Origin: Planctomycetota bacterium
GTDB taxonomy: Bacteria; Planctomycetota; MHYJ01; WSZJ01
Assembly: GCA_038060895.1 (NCBI GenBank)
Contig: JBBTCT010000022.1
Location: 256,001-320,000 of the forward strand
Direction of reading: 5' to 3'
Length of the DNA stretch: 64,000 bases
The notes under the pieces are model-generated. The model searched no databases. It was given only the letters and a program-made list of their open reading frames with translations, and had not been told where the DNA came from. Both the position numbers and the translations under genes were made by a program. Within the stretch, counting starts at the first letter, position 1, and each line of letters starts with the position of its first letter. Positions 38,162-49,913 of this stretch are shown here, in pieces.

Positions 38162-39022
38162 ATGCTCTTCGACGACTCCTTCCTCCGCACACTCGAATCC
38201 CTCGTGCTGCTGGCGAAACGCCTCCGCACCGGCGAGCGCGCCGGCGAGCGCCCGTCGCCGCGCACCGGGGCCTCCGTCGAATTCCGCGACTATCGCTCGT
38301 ATGTCGAAGGCGACGATCTGCGCACCGTGGACTGGAACGTCTACGCGCGGCATGGGCAGCTCCACGTGAAGCAGTTCTCGGCGGAGCGCGATCTCCACGC
38401 ATGGGTGGCCGTCGACGTGTCGGAGTCGATGGGGTTTTTCGGGAAGCGCGACCAGGCGCTCGCGCTCGCGGCGGCGGTGGGGTACGTCGCGCTCGCGCGG
38501 GGGGACACGCTGTCGTGGGAAGCGTTCGGTGAGAAGAAACTGGCGGGCGGGGAAGGGCTGCGCGGTAAGGGCGCCGGGATCGGGTTCCTGCGCGCGCTCG
38601 AGGCCGCGCCGGCCGGCGGGAAGACCGACTTGCGCGCCGCCTCGCCGCCTCCCGGCGCGTCGCGCGGGCTCGCCGTCGTCGTCAGCGACTTCTGCGATAC
38701 CCGCTCGCGCGAAGCGCTGCACACGATGCGCCCGCGCGGCGGAAACGTCGTGGCGCTTCATGTGGTCGCGGACGAAGAGCTGAAGCCCGCGCTCGAGGGG
38801 CCGCTGCGGCTGGTGGACGCCGAAACGGGCCGCGAGGTGGACGTGGACGCAGACGAACGGACGCTCGCGCGCTATCGCGAAGCGCTCGTCGCGCGCTGGG
38901 ACGCGCTCGAGGCGTTCTGCGCCCGCGAAGGAATGCCGTACCGCCGCGTGCTTGCCCGGGCGCCGCTTCTGGACGCCGTCGCGGCGCTTCTCCGGCCGGG
39001 CGGCGCACTGGCACGCCGATGA
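38162..39022 (+). CDS. DUF58 family protein
   Basis: GASVEFRDYRSYVEGDDLRTVDWNVYAR, DVSESM, VSDF. Confidence 0.9.
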   Translation: MLFDDSFLRTLESLVLLAKRLRTGERAGERPSPRTGASVEFRDYRSYVEGDDLRTVDWNVYARHGQLHVKQFSAERDLHAWVAVDVSESMGFFGKRDQALALAAAVGYVALARGDTLSWEAFGEKKLAGGEGLRGKGAGIGFLRALEAAPAGGKTDLRAASPPPGASRGLAVVVSDFCDTRSREALHTMRPRGGNVVALHVVADEELKPALEGPLRLVDAETGREVDVDADERTLARYREALVARWDALEAFCAREGMPYRRVLARAPLLDAVAALLRPGGALARR

Positions 39023-40707
39023 GCTTCGACCGTCCGCTGTTTCTGTGGGCCTTCCTGGCGCTGGCGCCGGTGGTGGCGGCGTTCCTGATGAAGCGCCGCC
39101 GGATGCGGGTCGTGGTTTCCGACCTCGAGGCGTGGCTGGCGGCGGCGGAGGCGAAGCGGGCGAAGGCGGGGTGGCGGACGATCCGGGACGCGGGGTCGCT
39201 CGCGATGAATCTCGCGGCGTGCGCGGCGCTCGCGCTTGCCGCGGCGGGGCCGCGGCGCGCGGGGCCGCAGGGAACGGACTGGGCGCTGGTGTTCGACGTG
39301 TCGGCGTCGATGGGCGCCCGCGACGGCCGGTGGCGAAAGGCGATCGAGGGCGCAGACGCCTTCGCGCGCGCGCTGCCGTCCCGCGACCGCTTCCGCATCT
39401 ATCTTGCCGGAGAGTTCCCGCGCGCCGTCGGCGGCTGGCGCGGAGGCGGAGAAGCGCTTCCCGTGCTGCCGGTGCCTGAGGAACGGGCGGGGGATGTGGA
39501 CGGGGCGCTCGCGCTGGTGGCGCTGGATCCCGGGGCGAGGCCGGGGACACTTCGGACCGTCGTGTGGACCGACCGGGCCTGCGCGGCGGATTTCGCGCCG
39601 CGGTTGGGAAAAGCGGGGAACAACCTGGCCATCGAGGCGATCGAAGCCTCGCGAGAGTGGAACTCTGCGAAGGTGGAAGTCACGGCGCGAGTCGCGAACT
39701 ACGCTTCTGCCGCCGTTGGGACGATGGGCTGGGCCCGTTTCGGTTCCGGCGCGGACGACTTGATTCCCCTCGACGTGGGCGATCTCGCGACCGGAGAGTC
39801 GAAGGCGGTCTCCGCTTCAGTGCTCGCTCCCGCAGGAGGCATGCTGGAAGTCAACCTGACTCCCGGCGACGCTCTTGCGCTAGACGATTCCGGGTTCGCG
39901 GCCGTCCCCCCGCTCCGCCGCGCGCGGGTCCTCGTGGAGGCGCCGGAAGCGAAGTCGCCGTTCCTGTCGTCGGCGCTGGCGGTGCTGAGTCCGGCACTCG
40001 AGGAGGGGTCGGGGATCGTGGAGCCGGGGAAGGCGAAAGGTGCGGATGTTTTTATTTTCGACCGGTGCACGCCTTCCGCATTCCCGTGCCTTTCAATTGC
40101 TCTTCCGGAAGTTCGACCGGCCGTCGATGCCCCCGCCGTCACCTCCTGGGCCACCGACCATCCGATCCTCCGCGGCCTCGACCTCTCCCGCCTCCGGGTC
40201 GCCCGCGCCCGTCCGCTGCCGCGCGACCCTGGAGCCACCGTCCTCATCGACTCCGCCGCCGGCCCTCTGGCCGCCGCGTCCGCCGACCATGTCGTCCTCG
40301 CCTTCGCTCTCGAGGACTCCAATCTGCCGCTCCTGGCGGCCTTCCCGCTCTTTGTCCGCAATTGCGTGGAAGAGCTATCCCGCGAGAGGCCGCTTCCGCC
40401 CGCCCTGACCGGGGACTGGGTGACGCCGTTCGCGGGCTCGTACGAGGTGTGGGAGGCGGGCTCGACCTCACCTCATGCGGGAGCGTGGCGCGCCGGGAGG
40501 CCGGGCGTCGTGATCTTCAGACAGGGCGGCGTATCGCGGCCGCTGGCCGTGAACTTCTTCGACCCCGCGGAATCGGCGCTCGTCGATCCGCCGGCCGGCC
40601 GCGAACTTCCCGCGCCGGAGCGGGAGCCCTCGCCGCCGTGGGTATTCCTTGCCGCGGCCGCTGCCCTGCTGCTCGCGCTGGACTGGGCCCTGCCCGGCCG
40701 GCGCTGA
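39019..40707 (+). CDS. BatA/vWA domain membrane protein
   Basis: BatA-like N-terminus, MIDAS DVSASM..TD, HPILRGL, SNLPL..FP, C-terminal TM helix. Confidence 0.8.
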   Translation: MSFDRPLFLWAFLALAPVVAAFLMKRRRMRVVVSDLEAWLAAAEAKRAKAGWRTIRDAGSLAMNLAACAALALAAAGPRRAGPQGTDWALVFDVSASMGARDGRWRKAIEGADAFARALPSRDRFRIYLAGEFPRAVGGWRGGGEALPVLPVPEERAGDVDGALALVALDPGARPGTLRTVVWTDRACAADFAPRLGKAGNNLAIEAIEASREWNSAKVEVTARVANYASAAVGTMGWARFGSGADDLIPLDVGDLATGESKAVSASVLAPAGGMLEVNLTPGDALALDDSGFAAVPPLRRARVLVEAPEAKSPFLSSALAVLSPALEEGSGIVEPGKAKGADVFIFDRCTPSAFPCLSIALPEVRPAVDAPAVTSWATDHPILRGLDLSRLRVARARPLPRDPGATVLIDSAAGPLAAASADHVVLAFALEDSNLPLLAAFPLFVRNCVEELSRERPLPPALTGDWVTPFAGSYEVWEAGSTSPHAGAWRAGRPGVVIFRQGGVSRPLAVNFFDPAESALVDPPAGRELPAPEREPSPPWVFLAAAAALLLALDWALPGRR

Positions 40708-40739
40708 GCCGCCAGGTCCGGAGGTAAACGCGGATCGCG

Positions 40740-42224
<1,485 letters not shown>

Positions 42225-42291
42225 ATCCCTCCAAGACGGAATCCGGCGAAATTCTCTCAGAAAATTCCGGAATGTGATCCGGTTGAGGAGT

Positions 42292-43722
42292 TCATGCGCC
42301 GCCCCTGTGGAACGGCGAAACGCCGGCCTTTCGACACGCCTGGCGCATGATCCGCGTCACAGTCTTCAATTCCTGGACGTCGTTGATCTTCCGCAGGATG
42401 GCGGCTCCCTTGCGCCAGGTTTCGCGGGATTTCCCCGTTCTGCCCCGCGCGAGAAGGAGCAACGCGTATTCGCACAGGTGCGATCCCTCAAACTCCCGGT
42501 TCCCGACTGCGCGATGGAGCCCGAGGGCCTTCAGGTAGGTCTGCCCGGCCAGCCCCGCGCGCCCGGAGTCGCGATAGATGCCGGCCAGGTTCCCCAGCGA
42601 GATCCCCTCGCTTCGGATGTCCCCGACCTCCCGCACGGCCTCCAGCGCCTGATGGTGGAGGCGTTCGGCCTCCTCGAAGCGGCCCGTGAACTGGCGCATG
42701 GTCGCCAGGTTGACGAGAGACATCGCCTCGATGCGACGGTTGCCGACTTCGCGATGGATCGCGAGCGCCTGCTCGAGAGTCCGCCGGGCCTGCCTGGGGC
42801 GACCCGCGGCGGAATGGAGGTTGGCCAGGTTTCCGAGCAGGAAGGCCTCGCTGCTGCGGCTGCCGGCGCCGCGAACCAGGGACAGCGCCCGCTCGAACGA
42901 CCGTTCGGCCTTAGCCACCCGGTTGGTTGCCCGATAGACCGAGGCCAGGTTGCCGCGCGCAATCCCTTCGCCCAGTCGGTCGGAGACCTCGCCGTAGGCG
43001 GCGAGCGACCGCTCCAGGGTCCGCTCGGCCAGATCGAGGCGCCCCGTCATCCGGTAGATGTTCGCCAGGTCTCCCAGCACCGCGGCCTCTCCCCGGCGGT
43101 CGCAGGTGTCCCTGAGAATGACGAGCGCCTCCTTCATCATTCGCTCGGCCTCCACCAGGCGGCCGGTGTCCTGCCAGAGCTTGGCCAGGATTCCGAGCCC
43201 CCCCGCTTCCAGCCGCCTGTCTCGCGCCTCCCGCGCAAGCCGCCTCATTTCCAGGAAAAACTCTTCCGCTTCCCGCGACAGGCCTCTTGTGGAAGCGGCA
43301 ATGCCCGCGCGGTAGAGCGCCATGGCCCGGCTCGTGCCCGTGGAAATCCCGGCGAGCTGAAGCCAGAGATCCTGCGCCGCTTCGTGCCGGAATTGCCGCT
43401 GCGAGAACTCGGCCGCGCGTCTCAGGTACAGAAGAAGCGCCGCGGCGGCGCCGTTGTCCGGTGCCGGGTCGGTCGCGGACATCCGGACGTGCCAGGCCAG
43501 CTCGTGTGCAAACGGGTCGGTCGGGTGCGGCGCTGACGGAGCCGCATCCGAGACCACCAGCGGCGGGGACTCCGGCGGCCGCCCGCCCGCCAGATCCTCG
43601 ATGGCCGAGAACGCCACCGCGTGAAGCCGCGCGCGGTCGCCCGGGAGTTGCAGCTGATACGCCGCGTCCCGCAGGAGGGCGTGTCTGAAGAGGTACGCCA
43701 GTTCCCGAGAGGGGGTTGGCAT
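42292..43722 (-). CDS. TPR protein starting with the post-ATPase helical motif of STAND proteins
   Basis: YLFRHALLRDAAY..RARLH followed by ~40-aa LGNLA TPR repeats; no P-loop. Confidence 0.8.
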   Translation of the reverse strand: MPTPSRELAYLFRHALLRDAAYQLQLPGDRARLHAVAFSAIEDLAGGRPPESPPLVVSDAAPSAPHPTDPFAHELAWHVRMSATDPAPDNGAAAALLLYLRRAAEFSQRQFRHEAAQDLWLQLAGISTGTSRAMALYRAGIAASTRGLSREAEEFFLEMRRLAREARDRRLEAGGLGILAKLWQDTGRLVEAERMMKEALVILRDTCDRRGEAAVLGDLANIYRMTGRLDLAERTLERSLAAYGEVSDRLGEGIARGNLASVYRATNRVAKAERSFERALSLVRGAGSRSSEAFLLGNLANLHSAAGRPRQARRTLEQALAIHREVGNRRIEAMSLVNLATMRQFTGRFEEAERLHHQALEAVREVGDIRSEGISLGNLAGIYRDSGRAGLAGQTYLKALGLHRAVGNREFEGSHLCEYALLLLARGRTGKSRETWRKGAAILRKINDVQELKTVTRIMRQACRKAGVSPFHRGGA

Positions 43723-46700
43723 CAGGTCGCCGTCCAGTCGCGCAGCATCCGGGTGAACGGCCCGCGAAGTCCGACGGACCCTTTCATCTCTATCAGGTCG
43801 CAGGCTTCCCGGGCCGCCCGCAGGCCGCCCGGAAGGTCACCCGCGGCCGCCCGGATGCGGGCTTCCTGTTCGAGGAGGAAGAGGCGGTCGCGGAACGGAA
43901 ACCGCGCGGGGTCGAGATGCGAACCCGCAACGCGGATTCCCTCCAGCGCCGTTTCGATTCTCCCGGCCTCGGCGTCGAGCCGGGCCAGGAGGGCGAGAGC
44001 CAGCGCGCGCAGCCGGGGATGCGAGAACTCGCCGGCCAGGGCGAGCGCTTCCTCGGCGACCGGCCGGGCCTCCGAAGCGCCGGTCGCCGCCGCCTGCAGG
44101 ATCAGCGCTTCCGCCACGTCTGCCCGCTGCGTGATCCTGCGTGCCAGCACAGCTGCTTCCGCAGCGCGCGCGGCCGCCGCCGCTGCGTTTCCTTCTCGGG
44201 ACTCGAGGTCGGCGAGGATGAGCAACCCCGCGAGGGAAGCCGCGGGCGCTTCGACGCCCGCCAATTCGCGGTCCAGTTCGGCCAGCGAAGCGCGCGCGGC
44301 CGCGACCTCCCCGAGGGCCAGTTGCGCCTCCGCGATCCCTGCGCGGCTGTGCGCCGCTCCGGCGCGGTCTCCATGGGATGTCGCCCGCGCCAGCCCCTCG
44401 AGGCACAGTCGAAGCGCTTCGCCGAATTCTCCCTGCCGCGAACGGTGCCGGCCGAGATTGACGAAGCTCAGGACGAGGCCGTGGCGGTCGTCAATGGCCT
44501 CCATGAGAGCCATCGCCTCGGCGTATTCGCGCGCCGCATCCTCGAAGGCGCCGAGTTCAGCGTGGATGCTCGCGATGTTGCCGAGGGTGGATGCGGCGCC
44601 GGCGCCCGTGCCGAATTTCCGGCGCAAGGCGAGGGCCTCCTGGAGCGCCTCGAGGGATTCCTCCATTTGTCCCATGCGCTCGAGCACCGCCCCGATGTTG
44701 TTCAGGCAGATGGCGGCGCCCTCGAGGTAGCCCGTTTCCTTCTGCAACTCCAGCGACTCACGGAAATTCGCTATCGCGTCCGCAAGATGCCCGCGTTCGA
44801 AGGCGATCGTGCCGATGTTGAGCAGCGCCGCCGCCATGCCTGAGCGGTTTCCCGAAGCGCGGTGGTAGGCGCAGGCCCGGCGGGCCACCACCAGCCCTTC
44901 TTCCGCCCGTCCGAGCCGCAGAAGACAATAGGAAGCGCATTCCATGGCGCTGGCCGCGCGGGAGCGCAGCCCAAGGGACTCGAAGACCTCCTCCGCCTGG
45001 CGGTAAGACTGAAGCCCGGCCTCGAACGCGCCGCCTCTTCGCCTGACCCAGCCCGAGTCCATGGCGATGTCTCCCTTGAGTCTGCGGAGGATCACAGATG
45101 AGGGATCCGGGGGGATTCTCTGAAACTCGGACTGCGCTTCCTGGAGGCAGCCCTCGGCCGTCGCGATCTCACCGAGGCGGTGCCAGTCGTCGAAAAGCTC
45201 GAGCAGGGCGGAGACGCGCCAGTGACCCGGAGGCGCCGTCGCCACCGCCTGCTGCGCCGCCGAGAGGCTGCCGCGCAGGTCGCCTCTTCTGCTGAGAATC
45301 CTGGAGCGGACGATGAAAGCCCGCGGAATCTCGTCCCCCTGCGCGTCGAACCGGTCCGCCTCGGCCAGCGCTTCGTCGGTCCGCCCGAGCCCCAGCAGGG
45401 CCTGGGCCGTCGCCGACCGCGCCGCGAACCCGCCGCCAAGGCGCGCCGCCTCGCGACACTGGGGAAGCGACTCCTCCCACGACCCGTCGCGCTGCGCCTC
45501 CGAGGCCGCTTCCATCCACAGCCGCGCCGCCGCCTTCGCGTTTCCCGCCTCGTCGTGGTGTCGTGCGGCCAGCGCCTTGACGCGTCGCCCGCCGTCGGCG
45601 ACGCGCGATTCCAGGAGTGCTGCCGTGGCGGCGTGGAGCCGGGAGCGCTCCTTCTTTGTGACGAGCGAGTAAGCGGCGTCTCGAAGCAGCGCGTGCTTGA
45701 AGACCTGCTGCCGATCACCCGGGAGGAGCGAGGAGTCCTGCGGGAAGACCATCTCGCGCCGGCGAGCCTCCGACAGCGCGTTTCGGACTTCGCGCTGCAG
45801 CAGGCTTCCGAGGAAGTCTTCCCAGAAGGTCCGTCCCACGACGCTTGCGCCCTTCAGCGCCTCCTTGTGTCCGTCGGGAAGAGCGTCGAGACGCGACACG
45901 AGAAGTCCCTGGAGTCCCTCGGGGATTCGTGAAGCGTCCTGGGCGAGCCGGAGGGGGCTTCCCTGGACGAGGTGATTTTCGAGAAGGAAGCGGGAGAGCT
46001 CTTCGACGTAGTAGGGATTCCCGCCGGTGCGCTCGACGACGGTGAGCCTCAGTTCGTCGGACATGGGCGCGCCAAGGGCGGATTCAGCGAGGGCGAGGGC
46101 TGCCGTGGCGTCGAGGTCGCCGAGCGCGACGGCTTCGAAGTTCTTCGGCAGGGCCGCGCCCGGCCGTGCGGTCGCCAGGATGGCCACGCGCGAGGACTTG
46201 AGCCGGGCGGGGAGGACTTCCAGCAACCCGAGAGTGCCGGGATCCGCCCAGTGCAAGTCCTCGACGCAGACCAGGAGGGGCCGCCGTGAGGCGCGGGCCT
46301 TCAGCCAGCGCTCCCACGCGTGATGCGTTTCCGCCTGCCGTTGCGCCGGCTCGATGCCGGTCACGCGGGCGCCGGCTACGGAATAGCCGAGCCCGGTCAC
46401 CATCAGGTGCGCCCAGTTTTCGCAGTCCGTCGGGGCGGCGCCTTCCAGGTCGGCCACGATCCGCTTCACCAGGACATCCGCGTCGCGCATGTCGAAACCC
46501 GAGACGCCGAATTCCGTCCGAAGCATTTCCCCGAAGGCGAACATCGGGAGCCGGAATCCGTCCAGCGCCCGGCCGACAAGCACCTGCCAGTCGGGGCCGG
46601 TTTTCCGAAGGGAGCGCCGCAGCTCGGCGAGGAGGCGGCTTTTTCCGACTCCGGGCGCGCCTTCGACGATGGCGAACGCGGGCGCGCGGGCGACGAGCTC

Positions 46701-47285
46701 GCGGAGGCGGGCGATCTCGGCGTCGCGGCCAACCAGCGGAGCCGACAGATCCGGGACGAGCCGGATCTCGGTCCGGCCCGGAAGCAGGTCGAGGGCCTCG
46801 AAGGCCTCGACCGGCTCCCGGCGTCCCTTGACGTGAAGGGGCTCGAGCGCCCGGAACCGGGCCGCGCGAGGGGCGAGGCGCTCGACGGTTTTCGAGACGA
46901 GTACGGCGCCGGGATCGGCGGCGGCCATGAGCCGCTGTGCCACGTTGACGGGGTCGCCCATGACGGTTGCGCGGTCGCCGCCGACGCTTCCGTAGAGAAC
47001 TTCACCGGTGTTCAGGCCGACGCGCAGCGGAGGGTCGCCGCGCGCAATTTCGAGCGCGGCACGGCACCCGCGCACCGGGTCGTCCTCGTGCGCCACCGGC
47101 GCGCCGAAGACGGCCATGACGGTATCGCCGATGAACTTGTCGATGGCGCCTCCGTGGCGCTCGATGACCGCGCGCAGCCTCGAAAATAAAACATCGGTCG
47201 CGGTGATGCGCTCCGCTTCGGGAAGCTCCCCGAGCCCCGCGGCCTGCGCGAACAGCACCGTCACGACGCGGCGTTCCTCAGTCAC
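43722..47285 (-). CDS. Class III cyclase - AAA/STAND ATPase - TPR protein
   Basis: ERRVVTVLF, KFIGD, GDPVNVAQRL, VKGR; LVGRD, GAPGVGKSRL, EDLHWAD, GGNPYY, FKHALLRDAAY; TPR repeats. Confidence 0.9.
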   Translation of the reverse strand: MTEERRVVTVLFAQAAGLGELPEAERITATDVLFSRLRAVIERHGGAIDKFIGDTVMAVFGAPVAHEDDPVRGCRAALEIARGDPPLRVGLNTGEVLYGSVGGDRATVMGDPVNVAQRLMAAADPGAVLVSKTVERLAPRAARFRALEPLHVKGRREPVEAFEALDLLPGRTEIRLVPDLSAPLVGRDAEIARLRELVARAPAFAIVEGAPGVGKSRLLAELRRSLRKTGPDWQVLVGRALDGFRLPMFAFGEMLRTEFGVSGFDMRDADVLVKRIVADLEGAAPTDCENWAHLMVTGLGYSVAGARVTGIEPAQRQAETHHAWERWLKARASRRPLLVCVEDLHWADPGTLGLLEVLPARLKSSRVAILATARPGAALPKNFEAVALGDLDATAALALAESALGAPMSDELRLTVVERTGGNPYYVEELSRFLLENHLVQGSPLRLAQDASRIPEGLQGLLVSRLDALPDGHKEALKGASVVGRTFWEDFLGSLLQREVRNALSEARRREMVFPQDSSLLPGDRQQVFKHALLRDAAYSLVTKKERSRLHAATAALLESRVADGGRRVKALAARHHDEAGNAKAAARLWMEAASEAQRDGSWEESLPQCREAARLGGGFAARSATAQALLGLGRTDEALAEADRFDAQGDEIPRAFIVRSRILSRRGDLRGSLSAAQQAVATAPPGHWRVSALLELFDDWHRLGEIATAEGCLQEAQSEFQRIPPDPSSVILRRLKGDIAMDSGWVRRRGGAFEAGLQSYRQAEEVFESLGLRSRAASAMECASYCLLRLGRAEEGLVVARRACAYHRASGNRSGMAAALLNIGTIAFERGHLADAIANFRESLELQKETGYLEGAAICLNNIGAVLERMGQMEESLEALQEALALRRKFGTGAGAASTLGNIASIHAELGAFEDAAREYAEAMALMEAIDDRHGLVLSFVNLGRHRSRQGEFGEALRLCLEGLARATSHGDRAGAAHSRAGIAEAQLALGEVAAARASLAELDRELAGVEAPAASLAGLLILADLESREGNAAAAAARAAEAAVLARRITQRADVAEALILQAAATGASEARPVAEEALALAGEFSHPRLRALALALLARLDAEAGRIETALEGIRVAGSHLDPARFPFRDRLFLLEQEARIRAAAGDLPGGLRAAREACDLIEMKGSVGLRGPFTRMLRDWTAT

Positions 47286-47294
47286 GGCTGCAGT

Positions 47295-48332
47295 CTACTT
47301 CGACTTTTCCCACGCCTCTTTCGCCTTCGCCGCCCGCGAGCTTTCGGTCTTCACCGCTTCCTCCGCCCGGCGCAGTTCTTCACCACGCTTCGCAACCTCT
47401 TCCACGCCCCGCGCCTTTTCCGCATCAACAAGCCCGAGTCCCTGCCTTGTTTTTTCGATTTCGGCAGGATGCGACGCCAGGGCCGATTCCAACGCAACTA
47501 CCGCCTTCCTGGCTTTACCGAGGGCCGCTTCGGCTGCGGCGACCTTGCGCCTGGCGTCGCTGCTCCCGGAAGTCTTGCCGCCGCTTCCTTCACTCGCAAT
47601 CGAGGACTGCAGTTCCGTCTGGGCGGCATTGAGGTCCGTCTCGGCAGCGGCGACGACGTCCTTTGCTCCCGGCAGGGCCTCCTCGGCATCCTTGATCTCG
47701 CCCTCAAGGCGATCGATCTTTGTCAGATCCGCGCTCTTTTGTGCCTCCGTTCGGGCGACTCTTGCCTGCGCGGCCGCGAGCACGGTCTTCGCTTCGGTTC
47801 GGGCGGAAGAGAGGACTTCGACCTGCTTGAGGGACGAGCGCCAGGCATGTTCGAGGGGCTTGTACCAGCGACCGTCGAGCTTCAGGTACCCGCGCCCCGG
47901 ATAATAGGTGTCCGGGTTCTGCCAAACGCCGCTGACCAGGTGGTAATCCTGTCGTTCGAGTTCGTCCGAGGCGGCCTTGAGGGTGGGGTCGAGTTTCCAG
48001 GCTTCGAGGCAGTGCAGCACCGCCTCTCCGGCGAGGCCGCGGCTGCCGGCCCACACGCCCATTTCGGCCTGGGCGGCGGCGTTCTTCGAGTCGAGTCTGG
48101 CGAGGCGCTCCTTGTACTCTTGCGCGGGCGTGGACTTCTTCTCGATGGAGGCCACATCCTTGCGGTCGATCGTCAGGGCGCCGTTCTTCACCTTTATCTT
48201 CAGGACCTTTTCATCGTCCTGGATGATTTCCCCGTCGAGGACGCGCCCGTCCTTGAGCTTGATGACGTCAGCAAACGTCAAAGTCGGGAGCGCCAGGAGC
48301 AGGGATACCCGGCAGACGGAATTCCATGTCAT
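47295..48332 (-). CDS. Secreted coiled-coil hypothetical protein
   Basis: Signal peptide, ADVIKLKDGRVLDG, GYLKLDGRW, long coiled coil. Confidence 0.75.
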   Translation of the reverse strand: MTWNSVCRVSLLLALPTLTFADVIKLKDGRVLDGEIIQDDEKVLKIKVKNGALTIDRKDVASIEKKSTPAQEYKERLARLDSKNAAAQAEMGVWAGSRGLAGEAVLHCLEAWKLDPTLKAASDELERQDYHLVSGVWQNPDTYYPGRGYLKLDGRWYKPLEHAWRSSLKQVEVLSSARTEAKTVLAAAQARVARTEAQKSADLTKIDRLEGEIKDAEEALPGAKDVVAAAETDLNAAQTELQSSIASEGSGGKTSGSSDARRKVAAAEAALGKARKAVVALESALASHPAEIEKTRQGLGLVDAEKARGVEEVAKRGEELRRAEEAVKTESSRAAKAKEAWEKSK

Positions 48333-48481
48333 CAGATCCTCCTGCGGATAGTCGCAAGGGAGTCGATTCTACGCTCCGAAGGACCAGGAACCACGGGCGT
48401 GAATTCGCGGGAAATCCTGAAGCAGGTCCCAAGTCTTTCCCAGCCTGTGCTTTGCAATTCACAAATTTCTCAAAGTGCCGC

Positions 48482-48536
48482 TTGCATAGTGTCGATATAC
48501 ACAGTATCATGAAGCGCATCACGAGTGAAGTACACA
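48482..48536 (+). promoter_or_regulatory. lexA promoter with candidate operators
   Basis: TTGCAT-17 bp-TATCAT; GTGT-N6-ACAC palindrome in the spacer and a related site at 48523-48536. Confidence 0.6.
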
Positions 48537-48556
48537 CCCCCATTGACGAGGATGCG

Positions 48557-49168
48557 ATGCCCGAAGGACTGACGCCCAAGCAGCAGGAGATCTTCAACTT
48601 CCTCTGCCGCCACATTCGTGAGCACGGCTTTCCTCCGTCGTACGAGGAGATCGGGGAGCAGTTCGGGTTCGCTTCGCCGAACGCCGTGACGGGGCACCTC
48701 AAGGCGCTGGAACGCAAGGGCTTCATCCGCAGGAGCGAGAAGTCTCGCGCGCTCGAAATCACGGATCCGTCGTTCCGGCAGAGCGGCATCCCCATAATCG
48801 GGACGGTCGCGGCCGGCACTCCGATCCTGGCCATCGAGAACCGCGAGGGGACTCTCGCCATAGAGGAAATGTTCGGATCCTCGGGCGACCTGTTCGCGCT
48901 CCGCGTCCGCGGCGAGAGCATGGTCGGCGCCGGCATCAACCCAGGTGATTTCGTCGTCGTCCGGCCGATGCCCGTCGTCGAGTCCGGCCAGATCGGCGTC
49001 GCGTTCATTGACGGGGAGGCGACCGTGAAACGGATCTTCAAGGAGCCGGCCGGATGGAGGCTTCAGCCGGAAAACTCCGGCATGGAGCCGATCTGGGTCA
49101 GCAAGGACGATGCAACGTTCTGGATCGGCGGCAAAGTTGTCGGCGTCGTGCGCCGGATCCAGCTGTAA
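48557..49168 (+). CDS. lexA: LexA repressor
   Basis: LTPKQQEI, PPSYEEI, HLKALERKG, VAAG cleavage site, VRGESM, TVKR. Confidence 0.95.
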   Translation: MPEGLTPKQQEIFNFLCRHIREHGFPPSYEEIGEQFGFASPNAVTGHLKALERKGFIRRSEKSRALEITDPSFRQSGIPIIGTVAAGTPILAIENREGTLAIEEMFGSSGDLFALRVRGESMVGAGINPGDFVVVRPMPVVESGQIGVAFIDGEATVKRIFKEPAGWRLQPENSGMEPIWVSKDDATFWIGGKVVGVVRRIQL

Positions 49169-49228
49169 GTTCATCGATTGAAAGTTCGGTGTTTGTCAGG
49201 TGGTTAAGTAAACATCTACAGGTAGGGG

Positions 49229-49843
49229 ATGACTTCCATGCTTGCTACTAGAGGTTTGGCGGCGGCCTTCGGAAATGCTGGTCGCTTTCGCCGCACCGAT
49301 CACTCCTCCGTGCCCGTCGCCGATCAGCAGCACCTCGCCGAAATCGTCGCACGCCGTGCCGACGACGTCCGCACCGCATTCAACGAAGCTCCCACGATTC
49401 TGATCGAGGAGGCTGGAACCGCCTTTCTCGTCACCCGCGCAGATCCCGACGAAGTCTCCCTTCTCCTCCACGCCCTCCCGGGCGAAATCGAGATTGGAGT
49501 CGCCGAGGAGCCCACCTATCCACTCCTCTCCTCCGTCGCGTCTCTTCGCACCTCCGGCGCCCCCCGAGCGGCCGGAATCGTCTTCGACATCGCCAGGCCA
49601 GCCAGCATCCAGCTCTTCCGCCAGATGATCTCCCAGCCCTACGTTGACCTCGTCGTCCTCGACCCGGAATCCCGCTTTCTCGCCGCCTACCGGTTCGAGC
49701 TCACCCTCTTCACCCGGGCGCGGGCCCACCGCTCCCTCGACCAGGCCCGTCGGCACCTGGACTCCCTCGCCCTCGAAAAGCGTTCCTTCAGGATCGCCAT
49801 GGACGAACTCCAGGCGTACGTGGACCGGACCCTGACCGCGTGA
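49229..49843 (+). CDS. Hypothetical protein between lexA and recA
   Basis: 204-aa ORF with host codon bias, co-oriented with lexA and recA. Confidence 0.7.
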   Translation: MTSMLATRGLAAAFGNAGRFRRTDHSSVPVADQQHLAEIVARRADDVRTAFNEAPTILIEEAGTAFLVTRADPDEVSLLLHALPGEIEIGVAEEPTYPLLSSVASLRTSGAPRAAGIVFDIARPASIQLFRQMISQPYVDLVVLDPESRFLAAYRFELTLFTRARAHRSLDQARRHLDSLALEKRSFRIAMDELQAYVDRTLTA

Positions 49844-49913
49844 GCTCCCGCCCGGCCGTGTCGTTTGTGATCTTCCAACAACTCACCCAATCGTGACCCA
49901 CCCAGGAGGAATC

